Shown: piece by piece, positions 52,747 to 63,542 of the stretch
Layout of the letters: each line of letters opens with the position of its first letter
Numbering within the stretch: the first letter of the stretch is position 1
Source of the DNA: an uncultured Alphaproteobacteria bacterium
GTDB taxonomy: Bacteria; Pseudomonadota; Alphaproteobacteria; Rhizobiales; Xanthobacteraceae
Assembly: GCA_963742935.1 (NCBI GenBank)
Contig: CAVUOI010000050.1
Span: 58,710 to 122,709 of the forward strand
Reading direction: 5' to 3'
DNA length: 64,000 nt
Position numbers and translations under genes: made by a program
The notes under the pieces: generated by a model
What the model was told of the DNA's origin: nothing
Database searches by the model: none
What the model saw: only the letters and a program-made list of their open reading frames with translations

Positions 52747-55041
52747 CTACCCATTGACGCGCTCGACCTTGGCGACGACGGCCTTGGCGCGCAATTGTGC
52801 GATAATTGCACTGAGATGCTTGAGGTCATAGACCTCGAGATCGATCGTCAGTTCGGTGAAATCGGGCGAGCGGCGCGACATGCTGATGTTGTCGATATTG
52901 CCGTCATGCTCGGCGATCACGGTGGCGACCTGCGCCAGGCTGCCGGGCTCGTTAACGTTATGGACCAAAATCCGCGCCGGGAAACGCTGCGGCATGGTCT
53001 CGTCGATATCCCAGCGCACGTCGAGCCAGCGCTCCGGCTCTTCCTCAAAGTCCTTCAGCGCCGGCGACTGGATCGGATAGATCGTGATCCCCTCGCCCGG
53101 CGTGACGATGCCGACGATGCGGTCGCCCGGCACCGCGCCGCCGTTCGGCGCGAACTTCACCGGCAGATCGGAATTGATACCGCCCACCGGGATGACGGAG
53201 GCGCTGCGCGCCGGATGCGGTGGCTCCGACTTCAGCTTCAGTTTCACCGCGAGGCTTCTCTTGGCCCCGTAGCGCACCATCCGCTCTTCCTTATAGTCCG
53301 GATACATGGCGCGGGCGACGTCGGAGGCCTTGAGTTCGCCACGCCCGACGGAGGCCATCACGTCCTCGATCGAGGTGCGCGCCAGCCGAGGCAGCGCGCC
53401 GGTCAGCTTGTCGTCGGCGTATTCGATCTTGGCGCGGGCAAACAGGCGATCGATGATGCGTCGGCCGAGCCCGGCATATTGATCGCGCACCGCCGTGCGG
53501 GTAGCGCGACGGATGGCGGCGCGGGCCTTGCCGGTCACCGCCAGCGATTCCCAGGCCGAGGGCGGCGCCGATTGCGCCTTCGAGGTCAGCACCTCGACCT
53601 GGTCGCCGTTCTGCAGTTCGGAAGACAGCGGCGCGAACTTGCCGTTGACCTTGCAGCCGACCGCCGAATTGCCGACGTCGGTATGCACGGCATAGGCAAA
53701 GTCGATCACATTGGCGCGGCGCGGCAGCGCGATCAGCTTGCCCTTCGGCGTGAAGCAGAACACCTGGTCGTGGAACAGTTCGAGCTTGGTATGCTCGAGA
53801 AATTCTTCCGGATTTGCGCTTTCGGAGAGGATGCCGACGGTGTGGCGCAGCCAGGCAAACGCATTGGATTCATGCTTGAGCCGCTCGGTCGGCGAGCCCA
53901 TGCCTTCCTTGTAGAAGGCATGGGCTGCGATGCCGAATTCGGCGATCTGGTTCATGTCCTCGGTGCGGATCTGCAGCTCGACGCGCTGGTTGCCGGGTCC
54001 GATCACCGTGGTATGCAGTGAGCGATAGTCATTCTGCTTCGGCGTCGAGATGTAGTCCTTGAAGCGGCCGGGCACCACCGGCCAGGTGGTATGCACGACG
54101 CCGAGCGCTCGGTAGCAGGCTTCGACGTCCTGCATCACGACGCGGAAGGCATAGATGTCGGAAAGCTGCTCGAAGCCGATCGATTTGCGCTCCATCTTGG
54201 TCCAGATCGAAAACGGCTGCTTGCGGCGGCCATAGACCCGCGCGGTGATGCCATTCATCTGCAGGTTCTTGGAGAGCTGGCTTTCGATCTCGCCGATCAG
54301 GTTGCGGTTGCGCTCGGCCAATGCATCCAGCCGCTGCATCACCACCGCATAGGCTTCCGGATCGAGCGTGTGGAACGAGAGGTCCTCGAGCTCCTCGCGC
54401 ATCTCCTGCATGCCCATGCGGCCGGAGAGCGGGGCGTAGATGTCCAGCGTCTCCTCGGCGATGCGCCGGCGCGAGGCGTGCGGCACGAATTCCAGCGTGC
54501 GCATGTTGTGCAGGCGGTCGGCGAGCTTGATCAGCAGCACGCGAACGTCGGCGGCGATCGCCAGCAACAGCTTGCGCAGGTTCTCGGCTTGCTTGGCCTC
54601 GCGCGAAACCAGCTCCAGCCGCTTCAGCTTGGTGAGCCCTTCGACCAGCGCGCCGATCTCGTGGCCGAAGATATGGTCGATCTCGGCCCGCGTCGCCTCG
54701 GTGTCCTCGATGGTGTCGTGCAGCAGGGCCGCCACGATGGTGGCGTCGTCGAGCTTGAGGTTGGTCAGGATCGCCGCAACTTCGAGCGGATGGGAAAAAT
54801 AGGGATCGCCGGAGGCGCGGGTCTGGGTGCCGTGCGCCTTCATGGCGTAGACATAGGCGCGGTTGAGCAGGTCCTCGTTCGTATCCGGATTATACGACCG
54901 GACGCGCTCGACCAGATCGTATTGCCGCATCATGCGTGACCGCGGCGATTTGGGCTTTTCGACCACAGGCGAATTCGGCGCGACCGCAGCCTGGTTGGTT
55001 GCGGCCTGCATTTGCCGGGAGCTGCGGCGCCAATACGCCAT
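52747..55041 (-). CDS. spoT: Bifunctional (p)ppGpp synthetase/hydrolase (RSH)
   Basis: H..Q.RASGDPY..HP, ALLHDTIED, KLADRLHNMRT, Y.SLHT, TGS and ACT domains; start uncertain. Confidence 0.95.
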   Translation of the reverse strand: MAYWRRSSRQMQAATNQAAVAPNSPVVEKPKSPRSRMMRQYDLVERVRSYNPDTNEDLLNRAYVYAMKAHGTQTRASGDPYFSHPLEVAAILTNLKLDDATIVAALLHDTIEDTEATRAEIDHIFGHEIGALVEGLTKLKRLELVSREAKQAENLRKLLLAIAADVRVLLIKLADRLHNMRTLEFVPHASRRRIAEETLDIYAPLSGRMGMQEMREELEDLSFHTLDPEAYAVVMQRLDALAERNRNLIGEIESQLSKNLQMNGITARVYGRRKQPFSIWTKMERKSIGFEQLSDIYAFRVVMQDVEACYRALGVVHTTWPVVPGRFKDYISTPKQNDYRSLHTTVIGPGNQRVELQIRTEDMNQIAEFGIAAHAFYKEGMGSPTERLKHESNAFAWLRHTVGILSESANPEEFLEHTKLELFHDQVFCFTPKGKLIALPRRANVIDFAYAVHTDVGNSAVGCKVNGKFAPLSSELQNGDQVEVLTSKAQSAPPSAWESLAVTGKARAAIRRATRTAVRDQYAGLGRRIIDRLFARAKIEYADDKLTGALPRLARTSIEDVMASVGRGELKASDVARAMYPDYKEERMVRYGAKRSLAVKLKLKSEPPHPARSASVIPVGGINSDLPVKFAPNGGAVPGDRIVGIVTPGEGITIYPIQSPALKDFEEEPERWLDVRWDIDETMPQRFPARILVHNVNEPGSLAQVATVIAEHDGNIDNISMSRRSPDFTELTIDLEVYDLKHLSAIIAQLRAKAVVAKVERVNG

Positions 55042-55254
55042 TACATCACACTGCCTTTTTCCACCGGGCCCGACCGGGCCGCCCTTAACCAATCTAATGC
55101 GTTTTCGAACGGCGATGCACGCCGCCCGGGCCGCGAAATGGTTCAATTTCGCTTGGGCCAGCGGCTAGTCGGCGTCCACCCGGTGACCCCGCGGCCGAGC
55201 GAGTTAGCCGCGCCACCCAAGGACGCCCTGTAACCGCAAAAATGTCAACAAAAG

Positions 55255-55284
55255 CAAAGGCCCGGACAAATGTCCGGGCCTTTG
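55255..55284. terminator. Hairpin terminator downstream of rpoZ
   Basis: CAAAGGCCCGGACA-aa-TGTCCGGGCCTTTG. Confidence 0.7.
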
Positions 55285-55323
55285 ACAGATCGGGAAATAC
55301 TGGAATGACCCGGAACGCGGCGG

Positions 55324-55716
55324 TTACTCGTCCTCTTCGGGCTGCTCTTCCGGCGGCGCCAGGCCTTCCAGGCCCTTGAGGAGCTCTTCCTCGGTCATGC
55401 GCTCGACCGCGACCTCGGTGTCGTCGGCATCGACGCTGGCGCCGGCCGAGCCGATCAAGGGCACGGTATCGGGCTCTGGCTCGTCGACCTCGACGAATTT
55501 CTGCAGGGAGTGAACCAGCTCTTCGCGGAGGTCTTCCGGGGAAATAGTGGAATTGGCGATTTCCCGGAGCGAAACGACCGGATTCTTGTCGTTGTCTCGA
55601 TCAACCGTGAGTTGCGAACCGGACGAAATCATACGGGCGCGATGCGCTGCCAGCAGTACCAGGTCGAACCGATTGTCGACCTTATCAATGCAATCTTCCA
55701 CGGTGACGCGCGCCAT
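55324..55716 (-). CDS. rpoZ: RNA polymerase omega subunit
   Basis: [38 protein letters not shown]. Confidence 0.97.
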   Translation of the reverse strand: MARVTVEDCIDKVDNRFDLVLLAAHRARMISSGSQLTVDRDNDKNPVVSLREIANSTISPEDLREELVHSLQKFVEVDEPEPDTVPLIGSAGASVDADDTEVAVERMTEEELLKGLEGLAPPEEQPEEDE

Positions 55717-56071
55717 AGACTGTCGCTCCGTTATTTGGGGCCAAATATGTCGGTATTGGGGGCTAGTTATAGGGGCAGAGGGCGTTCCGCAAGACTAAAT
55801 TTGTGATTTGCCTTCCTGATAGGCTCTGATACCCCAGCGTCGGGGCCAGATTAGGCCGGAGCGTCCAGACGCGGCAGGGTTGCCGCACAGGACAAGTAAA
55901 TCTCTTCATTGCACTGTCAAAAGTATAGGTTTTTCGCCCTCGCCCCACCATAATTGCAGTGGTGACTGTCGGAGGGCACGATTCACCGAACTTTAGGCAA
56001 CCGAAGTAGAAAGTGCGCGCGGTCGATGGCTGCTGCGCTAGAAAAGCTAACAACAACGTGAGAACCATTTG

Positions 56072-56701
56072 ATGTCACCCGCTTCCAACAAGATCGCGCT
56101 ATTCATCGACGGCGCCAACCTCTACGCAACGGCCAAGACGCTCGGCTTCGACATCGATTACAAACGCCTTCTCAAGGAATTTCAGAGCCGAGGGACGTTG
56201 GTGCGGGCGTTCTACTACACCGCGATCATCGAGGATCAGGAGTACTCCTCGATCCGCCCGCTGATCGATTGGCTCGACTACAACGGCTACACCGTCGTCA
56301 CCAAGGCGACCAAGGAATTCATCGACGCGTCCGGCCGGCGCAAGGTGAAGGGCAATATGGACATCGAGCTCGCCGTCGATGCCATGGAGCTGGCCGAGCA
56401 TGTCGACCAGATCGTGCTGTTCTCGGGCGACGGCGATTTCCGCTCGCTGGTCGAGGCGGTACAGCGTCGCGGCGTTCGCGTCACGGTGGTTTCGACCATT
56501 TCGAGCCAGCCGCCGATGATCGCCGACGAGCTGCGCCGCCAGGCCGACGTCTTCACCGACCTCGTCGAGTTGCAATCGAAACTGGGCCGCGACCCCTCCG
56601 AGCGTCCCGCTCCGCGCGAACCGCGCCATCACTCCCCGCAATTCCTGCAGCGCGCGACCACCGTGGCGCAGCGGGCCGGCGAGGACGATTTCGACGATTG
56701 A
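56072..56701 (+). CDS. NYN domain protein (LabA/DUF88)
   Basis: FIDGANLY, KGNMDIELAVD, SGDGDF, LRRQADVF. Confidence 0.92.
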   Translation: MSPASNKIALFIDGANLYATAKTLGFDIDYKRLLKEFQSRGTLVRAFYYTAIIEDQEYSSIRPLIDWLDYNGYTVVTKATKEFIDASGRRKVKGNMDIELAVDAMELAEHVDQIVLFSGDGDFRSLVEAVQRRGVRVTVVSTISSQPPMIADELRRQADVFTDLVELQSKLGRDPSERPAPREPRHHSPQFLQRATTVAQRAGEDDFDD

Positions 56702-56865
56702 GAATGCGCTAGTACGCTGCTAGAGCCTCGGTTCTGATTGAAACAGAACCGGGGCTTTTTGTTTGGCGCGCGTGAACGACGCGAAGACGCGCGTAGACGA
56801 CGCGACCCGGCCTCGATCCCGCACCAGGTCCGTGGCCGGGTTTTGCTCGAAAACGCTTTGGAAAC

Positions 56866-57519
56866 ATGACTAGTCTCCCCGCCCGTGACCCTTTTGAACC
56901 CGGCCGCGATTGCCCGCTCTGCCCCAGGCTCGCGGAATTTCGCGCTGAGGCGCGGGTGAAACATCCGGACTGGCACAATGGTCCGGTCTGTTCATTCGGC
57001 GATCGCAACGCGCGACTGCTGATTGTCGGGCTCGCGCCCGGGATGCAGGGCGCCAACCGCACCGGACGGCCGTTCACCGGCGACTACGCCGGCGACCTGC
57101 TGTATGCGACCCTGCTCGAATACGGGTTTGCCAAGGGCGTCTACCAGGCCCGTCCCGACGACGGACTGAAGCTGGTCGAATGCCGGATCAGCAATGCGGT
57201 GCGCTGCCTGCCGCCGCAGAACAAGCCGTTGCCCGCCGAGATCAACACCTGCCGGCAATTTTTGGTGAAGACCATAGCGTCCATGCCAAAACTTCGCGCG
57301 ATCGTGGCGCTTGGGCGCATCGCTCATGACTCGACGTTGAAGGCGCTCGGCCTGCGCAACGCCGCCGCCCCCTTTGGACACGGCGCGATGCATGACGCAG
57401 GCGCCATCAGGCTCTACGACAGCTATCACTGCTCGCGCTACAACACGAACACGCGGGTGCTGACGCCGGAGATGTTTCGCAACGTGTTCGCGCAGGTCCG
57501 GAAGGATCTGGATTCGTAG
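56866..57519 (+). CDS. Uracil-DNA glycosylase, family 5 (UdgB-like)
   Basis: CPLCPRL, GLAPG..GANRTGRPFTGD, RCLPPQNKP, SYHCSRYNTNT. Confidence 0.9.
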   Translation: MTSLPARDPFEPGRDCPLCPRLAEFRAEARVKHPDWHNGPVCSFGDRNARLLIVGLAPGMQGANRTGRPFTGDYAGDLLYATLLEYGFAKGVYQARPDDGLKLVECRISNAVRCLPPQNKPLPAEINTCRQFLVKTIASMPKLRAIVALGRIAHDSTLKALGLRNAAAPFGHGAMHDAGAIRLYDSYHCSRYNTNTRVLTPEMFRNVFAQVRKDLDS

Positions 57520-57639
57520 AGCGGGCAAAGCCTCCGGATCGCGCGAACGCGTACCCGATGACAGGCTCCGCGTGCCCACCATTGACGCCAACGATTTCGG
57601 CGAGGTGGTGGGCACGCTTCGCCTTGCAATCCGCCTTAC
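57516..57639. repeat. GTAG-type REP doublet, left portion (interrupted)
   Basis: GTAGAGCGGGCAAAG...GCGTGCCCACCA...TGGTGGGCACGCTTCGC followed by CAATCCGCCTTAC; closing arm is found at 60772-60785. Confidence 0.7.
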
Positions 57640-57642
57640 CGG

Positions 57643-58629
57643 CTATTGCCTTTGCCCCTGATAAAATCGAACCCGATAATCCTGCGGCAACACGTGTAGG
57701 CGGCGGCGGAAAGCGCGCCGCAAGTGCTCTTCACTTTGAAATCCCGCGCGCGCCGCGATTTCCTTGATGCTGGCAACGGATTCTTCCAGCGCCCTGCGGG
57801 CGGCCTCGACACGAAGCTCTTCCACCGCCTTGCCGGGCGTCCGGCCGGTCTTTTGCCGAAATACGCGCGCGAATGTGCGGGGGCTCATTCCTGCTCTTTC
57901 GGCCAGACTCTCCACACGCAAATCACGGCCGAGATTATCCTGCATCCAGGTCGAGATATTTTCGAACGCCCTGTCTTCGGACGACTGCAGTGACAGCGGC
58001 ACGCTGAATTGGGCCTGCCCCCCGGGTCGCTTCAAAAACACCACCAAACGGCGCGCGATACGCATGGCTTCGCGGTGCCCGAGATCATCTTCCAGCAAGG
58101 TGAGCGCAAGGTCGATGCCTGCCGTCACCCCCGCAGATGTCCAAACTCCGCGGTCGTGAACGAAGACCGGGTCGACCAACACCGAAACGTCGGGGTATTG
58201 GGCGCTGAGCAGCTCGCAGGAGCCCCAATGGGTGACAGCACGTCGCCCATGCAGCAGGCCGGCTGCCGCCAAAACAAACGTACCGGTACAGACGGAGCAG
58301 ACACGTCTTGCGTTCGGGGCAGCCAAGCGAAACCAGTCGACAAGCGAGGCCTCCGCAGAAGCGCGATGAACACCGGGCCCGCCACCGACGACGAGCGTGT
58401 CGATATTGGTGCGGTCACAGTCGAAGAGAGAGGTTGTCATCACCTCCAGGCCGGAAGAGGTTCGAACCGGCCCGCCCTTCAACGAGCAGATCTGCCAGAC
58501 ATAGGGCGCACGGCCGGCCTCGGCGTTTTCGCAGGCAAGCTCGAATGCCTGCAGCGGCCCGACGAAGTCGAGCAGCAGGCAATCCTCGAAGAGAACGAAG
58601 ACCAGGCGGCGGGCTTGGGAACGAGCCAT
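57643..58629 (-). CDS. GlxA/FtrA-family AraC regulator with DJ-1-like domain
   Basis: LLDFVGP, SVCTG.FVLA.AGLL.GR.AVTHW, TSAGVTAGIDL, RPGGQAQFS, MSPRTFAR, double HTH. Confidence 0.92.
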   Translation of the reverse strand: MARSQARRLVFVLFEDCLLLDFVGPLQAFELACENAEAGRAPYVWQICSLKGGPVRTSSGLEVMTTSLFDCDRTNIDTLVVGGGPGVHRASAEASLVDWFRLAAPNARRVCSVCTGTFVLAAAGLLHGRRAVTHWGSCELLSAQYPDVSVLVDPVFVHDRGVWTSAGVTAGIDLALTLLEDDLGHREAMRIARRLVVFLKRPGGQAQFSVPLSLQSSEDRAFENISTWMQDNLGRDLRVESLAERAGMSPRTFARVFRQKTGRTPGKAVEELRVEAARRALEESVASIKEIAARAGFQSEEHLRRAFRRRLHVLPQDYRVRFYQGQRQ

Positions 58630-58733
58630 GAGCGGGCCTTGTCAGCAAATCTTGGCAGGAAATGCGTGTATTATGACATTTCGGCAAACCCACCGGCCTG
58701 TCAACCTGCCTTCGTTCAAAACGGAGGTGCACC

Positions 58734-59441
58734 ATGTCCGGCAAGCCGATCGAGATCGGAATTCTGTTCTTTCCCGGGATGACCCAACTGGATGTCACCG
58801 GGCCTTTCGAAGTCTTTGCCCGCCTTCCGAACGTTCGCGTGCATTTGCTTTGGAAACGCATCGAACCTGTCATCAGTGACGTCGGCCTGCCGCTGCTACC
58901 GACCGCCATTTTCGCCGACTGCCCCGATCTGGACGTGTTCTGCATCGGTGGCGGCCCGGGGCTGGTCGACTTCCTGGGCGATGACGAGGTGATTGCGTTC
59001 GTTCGCGACAAGGGCGGATCGGCTCGCTACGTCACCTCGGTTTGTGCGGGCTGCCTGATCCTCGGCGCTGCCGGCCTGCTCGACGGATACAAGTCGGCCT
59101 GCCATTGGATGATGAGTGAGCAGCTTGCCGCCTTTGGCGCCATCGCGGTCAACGAACGCGTCGTGATCGACCGCAACCGCATTTCCGGCGGTGGCGTTAC
59201 CGCCGGAATTGATTTTGGCTTTCAGGTCGCATCCGAACTTTGCGGCGAAGACGTCGCGAAGAAACTCCAGCTCATGCTGGAATACCAACCGCAGCCGCCG
59301 TTCGATATCACGGTGCAGAATGCGCCGCCCGAACTGCTTTCCCAAATGCGCCTCGAGGCCGAACCCTGGCTTCGCAAGCGCGCCGCGGCGGTGCAGAAGG
59401 CTGCGCTAAAGCTCAAATCAAGTGCGATGACGGTTGCTTGA
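58734..59441 (+). CDS. DJ-1/PfpI family protein, isonitrile hydratase (InhA)-like
   Basis: TQLDVTGPFEVF (Asp), GGGPG, TSVCAG (catalytic Cys), GGGVTAGIDFG, QLMLEY.PQPPF. Confidence 0.85.
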   Translation: MSGKPIEIGILFFPGMTQLDVTGPFEVFARLPNVRVHLLWKRIEPVISDVGLPLLPTAIFADCPDLDVFCIGGGPGLVDFLGDDEVIAFVRDKGGSARYVTSVCAGCLILGAAGLLDGYKSACHWMMSEQLAAFGAIAVNERVVIDRNRISGGGVTAGIDFGFQVASELCGEDVAKKLQLMLEYQPQPPFDITVQNAPPELLSQMRLEAEPWLRKRAAAVQKAALKLKSSAMTVA

Positions 59442-59491
59442 CCCGTTGGTTAGAGGGCCGGAAACGGCGCCACGCCTGGAAAGATACCCGC

Positions 59492-60747
59492 ATGATTTGG
59501 AATGGCCGCGCGAACCCGGGAAGAGCGATACTCGAGGTTGCTGCTCTTTTGATCTTTGGGGCACCAATCGGATCACTTCCCGGCCGCCCGCGCTGCCGAA
59601 CTCTCCGGTGGCGTCGTCCGGATCGGCATCATCAATGACCAGACCGGGCCATTGTCCGATTTGAGCGGACCAGGGTCGATCGTTGCCGCCAGGATGGCGG
59701 CCGAAGATTTTCAGAAATCGGTGCCGTCGATCAAGGTCGAGATCGTCGCCGCGGACCATCAGAACAAACCGGATATCGGCGTCGGAATTGTCCGGAAATG
59801 GTTCGACGTCGATGGCGTCGACATGGTCGCCGACGTGTCCAACTCGGCCGTCGGCCTCGCCATCCAGTCACTGGCGCGCGACAAGAACAAGATTGCCGTC
59901 TATTCGGCCGTCGCGACCACCGAACTTAACGGCAAGCAATGTTCCCGAAACGGCCTGGCCTGGCTCCACGATTCCTACAATCTGGTGTCGGGACCGATCC
60001 GTACGCTGGTCTGCGCAAGGCTACGATACGTGGTTCTTCATTGCGGCCGATTACGCGTTCGGGAAGAACATGGTGCTGGAGTCGCAGCGGGCGCTCGCGG
60101 CGACAGGAGGCAAGTCGCTCGGCGCCGTGTATCACCCGATCGGCACTGCGGATTATAGTTCGTTCATTCTGCAGGCCCAGGCGTCCGGCGCCAAGGCCAT
60201 CGCCTTCGCCAATGCTGGCGAGCAGCTGGTGACCTTGATGAAACAATGGAACGAGTTCGGCATGAATACGGGAAGTCAAAAGCCTGTCGCCGAGTTGATG
60301 TTCATCACCGATGTTCACGCCATGGGCCCGAAAATTGCCAAGGGCCTGACGACCCTCACGGCGTGGTATTGGGCGTTGAACGACGAGACCAGGGCTTTCG
60401 CGCAGCGCTTCTACAAGCTTCGCGGCGCAATGCCCACGGCACCGCAAGCGGCTGTTTATTCGGGTGTCGGTCACTATCTGAAAGCCGTTGCAGAGGTTGG
60501 TACGGATGCAACGGATCCGGTGCTGGAAAAAATGCGTTCGATGCCCGTTGACGACTTCTACGCAAGGGGCGCGAAGATCCGCGAGGACGGAAAGCTGGTG
60601 CACGACTTCTACCTTGTCCAGGTGAAGGATCCATCCGACGTCAAGGCCCCCTGGGAATACTACAACGTCCTCGAACGAGTTCCGAGTGGCGAGATTTACT
60701 CCGCGTTGGCTGATAGTGAATGCCCGTTGGTCAAACGGGCCCGTTGA
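59492..60747 (+). CDS. ABC transporter substrate-binding protein, leucine-binding family (frameshifts ~59575 and ~60012)
   Basis: VRIGIINDQTGP, ADHQNKPDIG; then GYDTWFFIAADYAFG...SECPLVK in the next frame; paralog of 23694-24905. Confidence 0.8.
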
Positions 60748-60757
60748 GAGGCCTGGG

Positions 60758-60785
60758 GTAAAGCGGATTAGTTTGCCCGCCCTAC
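60758..60785. repeat. REP-end fragments, right boundary of the cassette
   Basis: GTAAAGCGGATTAG (inverse of 57626-57639) then TTTGCCCGCCCTAC (inverse of 57516-57529). Confidence 0.65.
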
Positions 60786-60800
60786 AACACTAAGACACGC

Positions 60801-61376
60801 TTACGCCGGATTTTCCTCCAGCCACGCCAGCACGTCGGCGGCGTTGCGATCCGGCGGAAACACCGGATAGAACACGTGCGTGATGCGGCCGCCATCGACG
60901 ATCAACGCAAGCCGCTTGATCAGCGTCAGGCCCGCCGCCTCCATGGTCGGCAGCTTCAGGGCGTGGGTCAGCACGAGCTTCTCGTCCGACAGCACCGCAA
61001 ACGGCAGATGCAGCCGCGACGCCATTTCAGTCTGGTAGATATTGTCCTGCGTCGAGAGGCCGAATACGTGGTTGGCGCCGGCGGCTTTCAGCTCCGCATA
61101 CAGATCGCGGAACGAGCAGGTTTGCGGCGTGCAGCCGCGGGCGCCCGGAATCATGTCCCAGTCGTCGACGAGACTGATCTTGCCGGGCTCGCCGGTGCGC
61201 GGATAGGCAAAGATCACAGTACGGCCGGCAAGCGCCGACAGCGTCACGGAGCTGTCGTCGGTGGCGAGCAGCGTGACGGGCGGGATCGTCATGCCGACGA
61301 GATGCGCCGCCGCGCCGTCATCGGTCGGCGCCGGGATCTTGCTCCAGTCGACTTCGAGCAGGTTCTTCTGGTTCAT
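60801..61376 (-). CDS. Peroxiredoxin (BCP/PrxQ-like)
   Basis: YPRTG, IPGARGCTPQTCSFRD, FGLSTQ, KRLAL, FYPVFPPD. Confidence 0.9.
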   Translation of the reverse strand: MNQKNLLEVDWSKIPAPTDDGAAAHLVGMTIPPVTLLATDDSSVTLSALAGRTVIFAYPRTGEPGKISLVDDWDMIPGARGCTPQTCSFRDLYAELKAAGANHVFGLSTQDNIYQTEMASRLHLPFAVLSDEKLVLTHALKLPTMEAAGLTLIKRLALIVDGGRITHVFYPVFPPDRNAADVLAWLEENPA

Positions 61377-61426
61377 GACACCATTCTCCATCCGCCGTCG
61401 CAATGACGGATAATAATTGGGGAAGC

Positions 61427-61900
61427 CTATCCCCTCGCCCGCATCAGGCGGCCTTTTTCACGGCCCCAATCGCGTTTCTTTTCGGTCTCGCGCTTGTCGT
61501 GCAGCTTCTTGCCCTTGGCGATCGCCAGCAGCAGCTTGGCCCGGCCGCGTTCGTTGAAATAGAGCTTGAGCGGGATCAGCGTCATGCCTTCGCGATCGAC
61601 CGCGCCCATCAGCTTGTTGATCTGCTTTCGGTGCAGCAGCAGCTTGCGCGGCCGTTTCGGCTCATGGTTGAAGCGGTTGGCCTGCAGATACTCCGGAATA
61701 TTGGCGTTGATCAGCCAGATCTCGCCGTCCTTGGTATCCGCATAGGACTCCGCAATGGTCGTCTTGCCGTTGCGGATCGACTTCACCTCGGTGCCGGTCA
61801 GCGCAATGCCGGTTTCGATCGTGTCCTCGATCGCGTAGTTGAACCGGGCCTTGCGATTTTCGGCGACGACCTTGATCGGGCGCTCGTTCTTCTCGGCCAC
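61427..61900 (-). CDS. smpB: SsrA-binding protein
   Basis: [35 protein letters not shown]. Confidence 0.97.
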   Translation of the reverse strand: MAEKNERPIKVVAENRKARFNYAIEDTIETGIALTGTEVKSIRNGKTTIAESYADTKDGEIWLINANIPEYLQANRFNHEPKRPRKLLLHRKQINKLMGAVDREGMTLIPLKLYFNERGRAKLLLAIAKGKKLHDKRETEKKRDWGREKGRLMRARG

Positions 61901-61901
61901 G

Positions 61902-62318
61902 TTAGCCCTTCTTGAGGAGATCGCGGATCTCGGTCAGCAACTCGACCTCGGCCGTCGGCTTCGGCGGCGCCGCGGGTGCCGCCTCGTCCTTGCGCTTCAG
62001 CTTGTTCATGGCGCGAATGACCATGAACAGCACGAAGGCGACGATCAAGAAGTTAAACGTCAGCGTCAGGAAACTGCCCCAGGCCAGTACAGCGCCCTGC
62101 TTTTTGGCGTCGGCCAGGTTAGTGGCCGTCACTGCCTTCGACAAACCAGTATAATAATTGGAAAAATCAAGACCGCCGATAACCGCGCCGATGATCGGCA
62201 TGATGATATCGGCGACCAGCGAGGTCACGATCGCGCCGAAGGCTGCACCGATGATGACGCCGACGGCAAGATCGACGACGTTGCCCTTCATCGCGAATTC
62301 GCGGAACTCCTTCAACAT
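61902..62318 (-). CDS. mscL: Large-conductance mechanosensitive channel
   Basis: [30 protein letters not shown]. Confidence 0.97.
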   Translation of the reverse strand: MLKEFREFAMKGNVVDLAVGVIIGAAFGAIVTSLVADIIMPIIGAVIGGLDFSNYYTGLSKAVTATNLADAKKQGAVLAWGSFLTLTFNFLIVAFVLFMVIRAMNKLKRKDEAAPAAPPKPTAEVELLTEIRDLLKKG

Positions 62319-62363
62319 TCTAAATTCCCTTTTTTGAAAATCGGGCGGAGCGGATCGCCACGC

Positions 62364-63254
62364 TTAGTTGATCAGTCCGGCATGCACCATGGCGTCGCGG
62401 ATCACCTTGCCGGTCGGCGGCGTCACGTTCATCAACGGCAGGCGCACTTCTTCTTCGATCCGGCCGAGCAGCTTGAGGCCATGCTTGGCGCCCGCCAGGC
62501 CGGGCTCCTTGAAGATGGCGTCATGCAGCGGCGTCAGGCGGTCCTGCAGCTTCAGTCCGGTGGTGTAGTCACCCTGCATGACGGCCGACATCAGGTCGGC
62601 GCATAGTTTCGGCGCCACGTTGGCGACCACCGAAATGCAGCCATGTCCGCCCGCCGCCATATAGGCCAGCGCGGTCATGTCCTCGCCGGACAGCTGGATG
62701 AAATCCGGCCCCATCGCATGGCGCTGCTGCGACACCCGGGCAAGATTGGCGGTGGCGTCCTTGACGCCGGCGATGTTCTTCAACTCGAACAGCCGGGTCA
62801 TGGTCTCGACCGACATATCGACGACCGAGCGCGGCGGGATGTTGTAGATGATGATCGGGATTCCGATCGCGTCATTCACCGCCTTGAAGTGCTGATACAT
62901 CCCTTCCTGGGTCGGCTTGTTGTAGTACGGCGTCACGACCAGCACGGCATCGGCGCCGGCCTTCTCGGCGTGAACGGCCAGGTCGATGGCTTCGCGCGTC
63001 GAGTTCGAGCCAGCGCCGGCAATCACGGGCACGCGTCCTTTCGCCTCAGCGATGCACAACTCGACGACCCGGTGATGCTCGGCATGGCTCAGCGTCGGAC
63101 TTTCGCCGGTGGTGCCCACGGGAACGAGACCGTGCGAGCCCTGCTCGATCTGCCAGCCGATGAGACCCCGAAAGGCCGCCTCATCCAACGCGCCGTTCTT
63201 GAATGGCGTGACCAAGGCGGTGAGCGATCCCTGGAACTTTGTCTTGGCTGCCAT
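62364..63254 (-). CDS. dapA: 4-hydroxy-tetrahydrodipicolinate synthase
   Basis: ALVTPF, GTTGES, PYYNKP, YNIPPRS, GVKDAT. Confidence 0.96.
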   Translation of the reverse strand: MAAKTKFQGSLTALVTPFKNGALDEAAFRGLIGWQIEQGSHGLVPVGTTGESPTLSHAEHHRVVELCIAEAKGRVPVIAGAGSNSTREAIDLAVHAEKAGADAVLVVTPYYNKPTQEGMYQHFKAVNDAIGIPIIIYNIPPRSVVDMSVETMTRLFELKNIAGVKDATANLARVSQQRHAMGPDFIQLSGEDMTALAYMAAGGHGCISVVANVAPKLCADLMSAVMQGDYTTGLKLQDRLTPLHDAIFKEPGLAGAKHGLKLLGRIEEEVRLPLMNVTPPTGKVIRDAMVHAGLIN

Positions 63255-63542
63255 GGACTTCCTCCAAACGCTTCAGAAACGGCACCAGCGAAAAATTGAT
63301 CTCAATTCATATCGGGTCTGACGGTCAGGCGAAAGGGCTGTGCCGTAGGGCGCTAGCGCTTTGTTTCGACGCCTTTTCTTGGGCCCGGCCGGTCCGCCTC
63401 ATGGGAAAGGCATAGCCGCGATTTTGCCGCGGTGATGGCGCAAACAGCTCCGGCCGCGACGTTTTAGCATTTTGTCCACATATTCGGTCAAATAGACCTA
63501 TGGCTGGACCGACTGAATGATTCGCCGCCGCAGAGGAACACC

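Noticed and set aside
61427-61900. tmRNA/tRNA or integrative element near smpB
   Set aside because: No ssrA, tRNA or integrase recognisable in the window.
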